A stretch of DNA of 63,997 nt, filler included, from Malassezia furfur (Eukaryota): NCBI GenBank assembly GCA_052055015.1. It is 14 parts of 14 records of this genome, joined end to end, with 100 filler letters (N's around TTAATTAATTAA, not from the genome) between each part and the next. Parts side by side here need not be neighbours in the genome. Positions count along the whole stretch, not along the records: positions 33,182 to 37,776 come from JBQJIT010000663.1; positions 37,877 to 42,459 come from JBQJIT010000664.1; positions 42,560 to 47,125 come from JBQJIT010000665.1; 11 more parts are not named here. One strand, 5' to 3'. Both the position numbers and the translations under genes were made by a program. The stretch's first letter is position 1. Each line of letters starts with the position of its first letter. The notes beneath the pieces were generated by a model, which was not told the DNA's origin, made no database searches, and saw nothing but the letters and a program-made list of their open reading frames with translations. Positions 35,415 to 44,209 of the stretch are shown here, one piece after another.

Positions 35415-36416
35415 ATGACGCTGCGCGTCGCGGAGCATGTGCGCTTCATCAAGAAGCTCGAGCAGAAGCGCGATGCAAGCGTCGCGTACCACATGACCGC
35501 GCACCTGCGCATGAACGGCGTATACTGGGGCCTGTGTGCGCTTGAGCTGATGCACGCTGGCGAGGCGCTTGACCGCGACGAGCTCATCGAGTTCGTCCTG
35601 AGCTGCTACGACGAGCAGCGGGGGGGCTTCGGTGCGTACCCCCAGCACGACGCGCATATTCTGAGCACGCTGAGCGCGATCCAGGTGCTTTCCCTGAAGG
35701 ATGCACTCGACGTGCTCGGTGAGCGCCGCGAGCGCATCATTGAATGTACGTGCGGCGACACTCACGCAGTTGTGCTCTCGCTGCAGCTCCCAGAGGGCGC
35801 GTTCCAGGGCGACCAGTGGGGTGAGACGGATACGCGGTTCCTCTACTGCGGCGTGAGCGCGCTGGCACATCTCGGGGCGCTCGGCCGCCTCGACACGGAG
35901 CGCACGACTGCCTGGGTGCTGCGGTGCGCCAACTACGACGGCGGGTTTGGCTCCACCGAGGGCGCCGAGAGCCACGCCGCGCAGGTGTTTACGTGTGTGG
36001 GAGCGCTGTCGATCCTGCGCACGCTCGACCGCATCGACACAGACCGCCTCGCACACTGGCTCGCCGAGCGGCAGCTGCCGTGCGGCGGGCTGAACGGGCG
36101 CCCCCAGAAACTCGAGGATGTGTGCTACTCGTGGTGGGTGCTCTCGTCGTTGAGCCTGCTTGGCAAGCTGCACTACATCGATGCGCCCAAGCTCGCCGCA
36201 TTCATCCTCTCCGCGCAGGACGTCGACGGAGGCATTGCCGACCGCCCGGGCAACGTCGCCGACGTCTTCCACACGCTCTTTGGCGTCGCGGGCCTGTCGC
36301 TGCTCGGCTACGCGGGCCTCGCGCCCGTCGACCCGACGTACTGCATGCCGACCGCTGTGACGCAGCGGCTTGGGATGCAGCGCCCGTGTCAGACACTCAC
36401 TCAGCCCCTTGTATAG
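35415..36416 (+). CDS. BET2: Rab geranylgeranyltransferase (GGTase II) beta subunit; in-frame 24-nt intron 35746-35769
   Basis: HLRMNGVYWGL, HDAHILSTLSAIQ, GDQWGETDTRF, GLNGRPQKLEDVCYSWW, DVFHTLFG. Confidence 0.93.
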   Translation: MTLRVAEHVRFIKKLEQKRDASVAYHMTAHLRMNGVYWGLCALELMHAGEALDRDELIEFVLSCYDEQRGGFGAYPQHDAHILSTLSAIQVLSLKDALDVLGERRERIIECTCGDTHAVVLSLQLPEGAFQGDQWGETDTRFLYCGVSALAHLGALGRLDTERTTAWVLRCANYDGGFGSTEGAESHAAQVFTCVGALSILRTLDRIDTDRLAHWLAERQLPCGGLNGRPQKLEDVCYSWWVLSSLSLLGKLHYIDAPKLAAFILSAQDVDGGIADRPGNVADVFHTLFGVAGLSLLGYAGLAPVDPTYCMPTAVTQRLGMQRPCQTLTQPLV

Positions 36417-36477
36417 AAATTACGCAAAACTCTGGGCATAGACTGCGTGCGCGTGCAGCGCGGACAGCGTGTGCATA

Positions 36478-37776
36478 TTACTCTACGAGATCGCCGAGGG
36501 GGCGAGCTCGGTCGGTTACCCGCGTGCGCGACGGCGTCTGCTGCACATCGTCGCCCAGCGCCTGTCCCTCGACCGAGACGGTGCCGGGCGAGAAGGGCGA
36601 GGCGTACGGCCCCTCGCGCGACGGTGTGGCATGGTAAGACATCGTAGGCGAAGAAAAACGAAGAGGCATCGTCGACGACGAGAACGTCTCGGGCGATACG
36701 GCCGGCGGCAGGTACGACGCATGGCCCGCGGCCGCACCCGACCGCGGCGGCGTCGTCTGCGGCTCGGCCATCGGGGCAGACAGCTCGAAAAGCGCCGACT
36801 GCGCCCACGACGGCAGGTCGCTCATCTGCGGCGAGACGGACGGCGACTGCCACGGCGGGGCAGCGGCAGTCGGGAGCGCCGGCGCAGGCATGAGCGGCGA
36901 TGGCTGCGAAGACGCAGGCACCGACATGCTCGGCGCACCGGCCCGGCCCTCGGAAATGTCCGGCGACGGCTGTAGCGACGCCATGAGCGCCGCCGGCGGC
37001 GCCGGCGATGCGTCGCGCACCGGGGACGCGTCGCGCACCGCGCTGCTGGTGTGCGGCGCAGCGACGGGGGCAGCGGGGGGGTCCACGAGGCGCAGGTTGG
37101 CAAACGCGCTCGTCTGCGGCACTTGCGGCGAGTCGGACGTGTGCTGCGACAGCGCGGGCGTGCCCATCAGCTGCAGGGAGCCCAGGGCAGGCGAGGGCAG
37201 CACCGGCGCAGCGTTCGACAGCGGCCACACACTGCCTGGCGACGGCGGGCGCGACACCACGGGCGAGCCCATGTGCGGCGACGCCGCCGGGGAGTCCCTG
37301 TGGGGCGACACCAACGGGGAGCCCGTGTGCGGCGACGCCACCGGGGTGCCGGCGCGCGGCGATGCAGCGGGCACCGACCCACCGGACACGGGTGGATCGG
37401 GTTGCGAAGCGGGTTGGGGAGCGGGGCGCGATGCGACCGGCGGCAGGGGATGCGGAACGGGTGAGGGAGCCATGGCCGGTGCCATGGACGGAGCAGACTG
37501 CGACGCAGGCAGCGACGGGGGCGGCTGGCTGCGCGCGGCGGCCTCGGGCACGGCCGTCGGCTTGGGCGCCGTGGTGCCGGCAGGTGCATCACGAACCGGC
37601 CTGACGCGCGGCGGCGGGCGCTGCGGTGCCGTCGGCGCCGGCGTGTCGGTCTTTTTCTTGGAGCGGAAGAGGGAGGCAATCCCGCGCTTCCAGCGTCCGG
37701 AAAGGGACTTATCCGAGCGTGCGGGGTTCTTGGCGGGTCGCGCGGGCGTCGGCGCCGCGGCCGCGGGAGTTGCATC
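36478..37776 (-). CDS. Pro/Ser-rich disordered C-terminal part of an unidentified protein, with 30-bp GSPxxSPH repeats (about 37243-37345)
   Basis: Open frame from the contig end to a TAA; repeats AGTPVASPH/TGSPLVSPH/DSPAASPH/MGSPVVSRP. Confidence 0.55.
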   Translation of the reverse strand, partial: DATPAAAAPTPARPAKNPARSDKSLSGRWKRGIASLFRSKKKTDTPAPTAPQRPPPRVRPVRDAPAGTTAPKPTAVPEAAARSQPPPSLPASQSAPSMAPAMAPSPVPHPLPPVASRPAPQPASQPDPPVSGGSVPAASPRAGTPVASPHTGSPLVSPHRDSPAASPHMGSPVVSRPPSPGSVWPLSNAAPVLPSPALGSLQLMGTPALSQHTSDSPQVPQTSAFANLRLVDPPAAPVAAPHTSSAVRDASPVRDASPAPPAALMASLQPSPDISEGRAGAPSMSVPASSQPSPLMPAPALPTAAAPPWQSPSVSPQMSDLPSWAQSALFELSAPMAEPQTTPPRSGAAAGHASYLPPAVSPETFSSSTMPLRFSSPTMSYHATPSREGPYASPFSPGTVSVEGQALGDDVQQTPSRTRVTDRARPLGDLVE

Positions 37777-37967
37777 NNNNNNNNNNNNNNNNNNNNNNNN
37801 NNNNNNNNNNNNNNNNNNNNTTAATTAATTAANNNNNNNNNNNNNNNNNNNNNNNNNNNNNNNNNNNNNNNNNNNNCACCCTCCTCCCCTTTACTCTCCT
37901 CTTTTCAGCATTGACCGCTCTGCACGCTCCATCTGGCTGCGTGTGCATTTTGTGGTAACTAGGAACC

Positions 37968-39332
37968 ATGCCGTGGGCTTCGATGCTCTACCATCTCGAC
38001 TTTCTTCCCGGCTCCAAATCGGCACCGGATTTCTACGCGCCGCAATGGGACCCGTTTGCTAAGCGACCGGAACGCGTCCTCGCACCTCCGCTCATCCCGC
38101 CCGATGAAGGTGCAGAGAGCTCCGAGACTGAGTCTGGCTCAGACCCAGAGACTGAGAGCGACGATGGCGTCGCTGAGGCCCCGACGACTCCGACGGCCCC
38201 GACGATTCCGACGATTCCGACGGCTCCAACGGCTCCGACGGTCCCAGTGACACCGCCCCGTCCTACGCGTCCACTTTATGCTCAGCATACGACATCTCCC
38301 ACCACGGAAGCCAACCTGGATGGCTCGCCCATCCAGTACACGCTTCCGCAGCGTCCGGGCACCGCCATCACGCGGAATTCAAATCGTTCATGGGCACACC
38401 GCAGCGCCACAGCCGTGCGGTTGTCGGCACGGTTGAATGTCCATCGAGCACGTATTCCGGCCAACTTGACGCCCATCACCAACGATGGACTTCAGCTTCC
38501 GAGCCACCAGGAGTCCAAGACAGTCTCGCAGAAACCGCGATCTGAAGATCGAATCCGTGCGGCGCAGCGGTTGTTTCACGCGCTTAAGCAATCGCCGCGC
38601 ACCGAGGCTGTGGGCCGCGCACAAACCAGGGGTTCTCAACCCGAGGTGCGTTCGCGCGTATCGCTGCTGCACGGCCTCACTGCACAGGCGTACCGTCGGA
38701 ACAGCGAGCCACAGTGCGCACAAGACATGGTTTCGCACAATGCGGACATGCCCCAGTTTACACCGACCATGCACGGGACACAGCAGTGTGTGATCGCGAC
38801 GCAGACTAACGCCATTGCCCTTGTGATCACGCCGCCATCTCCTCGCCCGGATGGTGGTGAGGGGTTCAAGCCGGATGTTACGGGCATCCGCATCGCCTCG
38901 CATCATACGCGTGATTCGGCCGTGCCGGTTCCCAAATCACCGACCCTCCAACCGCCTGCCTTTGAGCTGGCGCCGGGCAGGGCGCGCCAAATGGCGCAAC
39001 GACGTCGCGAAGCTGCAGAGCGGCACACCACGCAGTATGCTCAGCACAGTCGTGCGGGTGCCTGTACGGCAACCATCACGAAAAAGGCCACCCTCCCGCC
39101 TGCCAAGCCTGTGCAGATGAGCCCTGGTCGGCCATTCCTGGGTCCAGTGCGTCCTGCGCCGCTGTTGCCAAAAGAAACTACGCAACGACCACAACGGGTC
39201 CCAATGGTGTCTTCCGGTGCATCGGTGTCTACGTGCAAGTATGTACCGCCGGGCCGTCGCCGTTGCATGCCAGGGCAGGTCTTTTATCCCCCGCTTGCCG
39301 CGCGCGTGGCGCGCCCGCTGGGGGAATTTTGA
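37968..39332 (+). CDS. Hypothetical 454-aa Pro/Thr-rich protein, no recognisable domain
   Basis: Long ATG-initiated ORF in lower-GC DNA (ACC ATG context); PT(T/A/I) 9-bp repeats at about 38180-38245. Confidence 0.55.
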   Translation: MPWASMLYHLDFLPGSKSAPDFYAPQWDPFAKRPERVLAPPLIPPDEGAESSETESGSDPETESDDGVAEAPTTPTAPTIPTIPTAPTAPTVPVTPPRPTRPLYAQHTTSPTTEANLDGSPIQYTLPQRPGTAITRNSNRSWAHRSATAVRLSARLNVHRARIPANLTPITNDGLQLPSHQESKTVSQKPRSEDRIRAAQRLFHALKQSPRTEAVGRAQTRGSQPEVRSRVSLLHGLTAQAYRRNSEPQCAQDMVSHNADMPQFTPTMHGTQQCVIATQTNAIALVITPPSPRPDGGEGFKPDVTGIRIASHHTRDSAVPVPKSPTLQPPAFELAPGRARQMAQRRREAAERHTTQYAQHSRAGACTATITKKATLPPAKPVQMSPGRPFLGPVRPAPLLPKETTQRPQRVPMVSSGASVSTCKYVPPGRRRCMPGQVFYPPLAARVARPLGEF

Positions 39333-39519
39333 CGCGCCTCCACTTGGCGCGTCACCCCCGTCGCGCGGCCAAGGCGCGCAGTGTATAGCAACCTCCACAT
39401 AATCATCACGTGTACCCTTCCCTACTATACAGGATCACGTGTCAGCCCTGCCCACGGCTGCAGCTGCCGTCCTTCGGCTCGCGTCCTCACCACACAGCAA
39501 CTTCTGTTCCAGTGTCGTC

Positions 39520-40095
39520 ATGGTGAGTAACGCAGAGGACGGGGTGATGTTGGTCTCTAAGTATCGCTGCTCGCGACATGGCCGTGTATTCTGCTGGATG
39601 TGGGCACAACAAAAGACGTGCTTTACGGACCGGATTACACACGAACATGTTCTGGGTGGTAATTGAAGAGCGCTCCCATCACCTCGTACTTCCTTTTTGT
39701 GCTTCGAACATATACTAACGTCACAGCCCAAGGTTCGCACTCACGATCTCCACAACAAGTCCAAGGCGGACCTGCTTTCGCTCCTCGACGAGCTGAAGGC
39801 TGAGCTCCTCCAGCTCCGTGTCCAGAAGGTGGCTGGTGGCGGCTCGAGCAAGCTCGGCCGCATCAACACGGTGCGCAAGAACATTGCTCGTACCCTCACG
39901 ATCATCAACCTCAAGCAGCGTGCGAGCCTGCGTGAGTTCTACAAGGGCAAGAAGTACCAGCCCCTGGACCTCCGTGCCAAGAAGACTCGCGCGCTCCGCC
40001 GCAAGCTCACCAAGCACGAGCAGAAGAAGGTTACTGAGCGCCAGCACAAGAAGAACGTGCACTTCGGCACCCGCCGCTACGTCATCAAGGCGTAA
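39520..40095 (+). CDS. RPL35: 60S ribosomal protein L35 (uL29); ATG-only first exon and 204-nt intron 39523-39726
   Basis: [51 protein letters not shown] donor, TACTAAC 39713-39719, CAG acceptor. Confidence 0.95.
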
Positions 40096-40566
40096 ACTCG
40101 TTTACGTCTTTGCTCACATACCTGGCATCTTCTTTTCCCGGTGCACATTGTGCGTGCCGCAATGTAGTTTGTACCCTGCCGACAGCGGCATGACTCTGGT
40201 AGCCTAGCTACTTTCAAAAGGAATTAGCACATGAACCATTTGCGATTTCCAGATGATGCGAACACTACTTGATGGACTTGATGGAAGCGACGTCCGTTGT
40301 ACGCAGCGCAATCAATAAACTGTGACGCCGACAATGGAGACGTTGGTTGTATACCCGTATCCCTAGCACAATGTATCGAACGAATACCCAGAAAAGAGTA
40401 CCTTGTTCCTATAGGCAGCGAATGTAGCATGGACTGCATGCAAAGCGCATGTATCACCGCCCATCTATGACGACGTGGGCGCAAAAGAGGTCGACGGTCC
40501 CGGACCGACTCGATACCTTCTTTCTTTTCCTCGTGTAATGCAGTTGTCCAGAGCAAGAAGGGGCCA

Positions 40567-40910
40567 TTACGCGCCGCCGCTGTTGTGTTAGAGGTTCGCT
40601 TGTCGTGCACATACACAAGCTGGGAAAGAGCGCGAATAGCGCCAGTGTCAGTACGTGTTCATATACGCGTAGTAGGACGTACAATGTTGTTAATGGGGAT
40701 ATGGATCAGTTTCACCAGATAACCAATGAAACCCATCACGAGAAAGCCGACACCGACGGCACGGCACATTTGGATATACTCTGCCATAAGTCACAATCTT
40801 TGCGCAAACGCACCCTTGCGGTCGGGCTTAGTACACCGGTTCAAGAAGTGCACACCCTCATGCACAAACGACACAGGAAGGTCGACAATCTCACGGATCC
40901 GCTCCGACAT
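40567..40910 (-). CDS. SSS1: Sec61 gamma subunit, 4 exons including a 5-nt microexon (40615-40619)
   Basis: Introns 40781-40813, 40620-40682 and 40580-40614 give [49 protein letters not shown]. Confidence 0.93.
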
Positions 40911-40998
40911 GGCGCTACGATATGGAGCGAGCGGCGCGGCGCCTGCGCTGGCGATTTGATCACGTGACGATGCGGCGCGAAGCCTTGTTCTTCCCAGC

Positions 40999-41463
40999 AT
41001 GTGGACGACGAGTGCGATGCGCAGTGCCTTGTTTGCGCAGGCCGTGGCTGCGCCGATACGCGCACCCAAGGTGAACATGCCTCGTCTTGGAATGCGGCTC
41101 CTTAGTACAGAGTCTAGCATTCAGCCCGAGATGCAGGAGCCTCTGCCACGGACGCCTGTCCCTATCCGATACCCTTACTTTGTCAACCGCGTGGGCGTGA
41201 ACCAGTTCAACCTGCCCGTATATGCAGATGTGCGCAATGCCGGATCGCGCACGCTTACTATGATCCGTAAAGTGGATGGTGACGTTTCCGCGCTGTGTCG
41301 CGACCTGTTCGAGGACTTTGGATGGGGCGATCCCTTCGACAAGATGAACCCCGACGCCGACAAGTTGGTTCGCATCACCACCCAGGCCGGCTCCAAAAAG
41401 ATTGTCGTTCGTGGGCACTGGACGCGCGACATCAAGGCATGGCTCGAGGAGCGTGGATTTTAA
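40999..41463 (+). CDS. IMG2: Mitochondrial ribosomal protein mL49 (Img2)
   Basis: YFVNR...NLPVY..IRKVDGD...VRGHWTRDIKAWLEERGF. Confidence 0.85.
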   Translation: MWTTSAMRSALFAQAVAAPIRAPKVNMPRLGMRLLSTESSIQPEMQEPLPRTPVPIRYPYFVNRVGVNQFNLPVYADVRNAGSRTLTMIRKVDGDVSALCRDLFEDFGWGDPFDKMNPDADKLVRITTQAGSKKIVVRGHWTRDIKAWLEERGF

Positions 41464-41522
41464 CTGTGTCGCTCACCGGTTCGAAACATACCCGACGACT
41501 GATGGGGCGATGCGCGCAGAGT

Positions 41523-42296
41523 CTAGCTACGTTGTACAGAGAATCCAAACTTGGAGACTTGCACACGCCGCGCTACGCCGAATGCAATGGCAAACGCAAC
41601 GACGGAAAGGACAACGGCCAGGGGCGTGGGGGTGACTGTGCGCCCCCATACGGTGTCCCACAAGGCCAACATGATTTCCACAACGAGCAGGGTGCCGATG
41701 GTATATCCCGACATTCTTGGGTCAGTGCAGAATACGTACCTGTGGTATTTCCAGAGACCCTTTGCTCTGGCCGTGGATCCATACGCTTTTCCGTTGGCCC
41801 ATACGGTCGACATGCCAAACAAAGCTTGAACCCAGAGTAGGACAAACAAAAGTGCACCCAGGATCCCATGCAACGAAATAAAGTGCTTTGCGCCAGGCTT
41901 ACCGTGTGCGTGCCACATAACCCACACACCGGCTGTCAACAGCGGAAGTCCAAGGCCGAGGACGAACACTTGATGCGCGTACAAGCCCATCTTTTTGGTG
42001 GGCGGTGTATCGGTTGGCTGAAGCACTAAAATCCCTTGCAACAGGAATAATAGCCCCGTAGACACGAGCAACGGGTGGTAAAGTGGTGCGGGCACGCGCC
42101 CGCCCGTGAAATAGAGGACGAGGCACCAGATACTCGCGACTAAGCCGACGCCGCCTGCTTGGACCCAAGCTGCGCGCGCACCAAGGTTCCCCGCAAGGAA
42201 AGCACCCAAAGATGGCGTCGCCTCTGAACCTTCTTCTGCGCTCACGAGGCGCTCGTGTTCCCCATCGGAGGCTAACGCAGGCAACATTGCAGACAT
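41523..42296 (-). CDS. Cytochrome b561-domain membrane protein; in-frame 24-nt intron 41716-41739
   Basis: YHPLL, HQVF, HFISLHGILG and WKYHR|MSGY heme-His motifs with several TM helices. Confidence 0.85.
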   Translation of the reverse strand: MSAMLPALASDGEHERLVSAEEGSEATPSLGAFLAGNLGARAAWVQAGGVGLVASIWCLVLYFTGGRVPAPLYHPLLVSTGLLFLLQGILVLQPTDTPPTKKMGLYAHQVFVLGLGLPLLTAGVWVMWHAHGKPGAKHFISLHGILGALLFVLLWVQALFGMSTVWANGKAYGSTARAKGLWKYHRYVFCTDPRMSGYTIGTLLVVEIMLALWDTVWGRTVTPTPLAVVLSVVAFAIAFGVARRVQVSKFGFSVQRS

Positions 42297-42559
42297 GCTC
42301 ACCCGCACAAGCAATGCGCGCTCAAGCCACTCAGCGCGCGCTGATTACGGTTCTCCACCTGCGCTTACCTAGGGGTATTTTTGCATGACATTACAAACGG
42401 GGCCGCGGCGGGCGGCCGAACACGTGCCGCCGTTTTCGCCCACAGACAGCCGGTCCGCGNNNNNNNNNNNNNNNNNNNNNNNNNNNNNNNNNNNNNNNNN
42501 NNNTTAATTAATTAANNNNNNNNNNNNNNNNNNNNNNNNNNNNNNNNNNNNNNNNNNNN

Positions 42560-43676
42560 GCCGCGTGCCTCGCCGTGTGCCACCCGCGCGTCGCCGCGTG
42601 CCTCGCCGTGTGCCACCCACGCGTCGCCGTGCGCGTCGCCGTCACCGCTCCCCACCGCCGCCGACGCCATCCTCACGACGCTCGCGCGCGCCGCCGAGCG
42701 CTTCTGCGTGCGCGGCGGCGGCATGGCGTACGCGGGCACGCGCTTTCCCCACATGCTCCGCGACACCGACTGGATGATGCTCGGCATGTCGTCCATCGCG
42801 GCCCTGTTCGCGTTCGGTCGCCCGGACGCATACGTCGACATCCGCGAGCTCGCGGCGTACCGCACGCCGTCGAGCGCGCGCCTCTTTTCCGACGAGCACG
42901 CGGCATGCGTCGCGGCGCGCCTCGATCGCCACGCACCGCCACCGCCAGACTACCGCCCGGACGGGTGTGCGGACGTGGCACTCGCACGCGGCGTCCCGTG
43001 GCCATGCGCATGTGCGCTGCAGCTCGTCGTCCAGCTCATCCACGTCGCGGCGCACCTCCAGCACGAGGCACTCGAGAACCGCGTCGCGCACATCAACGCA
43101 CCGACCGCCTTCCTGGTGATTGTGTGTACAGCGCTGCACATCCTCGCGCTCCGCGCACACACCCACGCCGCAGCACGCACGCTCGTCGACGTCCTCCGCA
43201 CGCATGTGCCGTGGACGACGCTCGAGGCGTTTGCGCGGGTCGACGTCCTCGACGAGGCACCGCTCGCAGCGCCCCACCTCTTGGCGCGCGCCAAGCGCAC
43301 GCTGCCCGAGGACTGGTGCCTGCGCGGCATTGCGTGGAACACATACCACCCCGCGGTGCTCCACGACACGACCCCGGCCGGCGGGCCGGCAGCGGTCGCG
43401 GCGGCGGCGGCGGCACACGCTTCAGCGCCCGAGCCGAACGAGGCATGGGCCGGCGGCGCGACGTTTGCATACGACTCGGAGACACACATGTTTGCCGAGC
43501 TCGGCGCTCGTACACGGTACTATGCGTCGCTCAAGACGCACGCCTACCTGTCGGCATATGTACAAGACCCGGACTTGCAGGCGCTCCTCCGTGTGCGCCA
43601 CGCGCGCTTCCACCTGCTGCACGCGGCGCTGCGCGACGCGCTCGACGCGCTCGATGCGCCCGACGTGCCGGAATAA
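42560..43676 (+). CDS. C-terminal part of a helical protein, possibly Est1/Ebs1/SMG-type DNA/RNA-binding protein
   Basis: LPEDWCLRGIAW resembles the fungal Est1-type LPEDxxxRGxxW motif; 33-bp duplication at the contig start. Confidence 0.5.
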
Positions 43677-43800
43677 AGTGGGTGCGGCGCAGGCAGGCGG
43701 GCGGGGCAGTAGGGTAGGCACGTCGCGGCGCACGAGGGCGCCCAAGCTCCGTCCCAGGTGCGGGCCGGAGGGGGGCGGAGCCGGTTTTGCCACCGGCCTG

Positions 43801-44095
43801 GCGGCAGGCCGCTCATGCGCTCTGTGGGGCGGCCTCGGGCCGCTTCCGCACGGGCCCAGCGGCAGGCCACCCGTGCGCTCTGCGGGGCGGCCTCGGGCCG
43901 CTTCCGCACGGGGCCTGCTTGTTTGGCTGCCCCATGCTGGCGCCCCCCATCGGCCGCCCCATGCTGGCAGGGCCCATCGGCCGCCCCATGCTGGTGGGGC
44001 TTCTCGGCCGCCACACGCCGGCGGGGCGTGCCGCAGTGCAGGCGCGCTGCCCTGCCGCAGCGCAGGCGTTCTGGCCTGCCGCAGCGCGGCCAGCA
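43801..44095. repeat. Cluster of GC-rich minisatellites (58 bp x2, 27 bp x3, 24 bp x about 3)
   Basis: Units start at 43801/43859 and 43929/43956/43983; tgccgcag-based units from about 44030. Confidence 0.8.
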
Positions 44096-44209
44096 CCACA
44101 AGGGTCCTCGCTCTTTTGCCCTGCGTCTGCTCGCTCGGCCTCCACCGGTCTCGGCCCCTTGGCTCGCTCGGCCCCTTTTCGACTCTCCCATTTCCCCTTA
44201 TGCTCCACG

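Noticed and set aside
39541..39690. C/D box snoRNA in the RPL35 intron
   Set aside because: GTGATGT is not a full box C and no terminal CTGA box D is present; only the long-range stem is supported.
43801..44095. Repeat cluster as a CRISPR array, or as telomerase RNA next to an Est1-like gene
   Set aside because: Eukaryotic context, no unique spacers and no cas genes; no telomeric template sequence seen, and the Est1 call itself is tentative.
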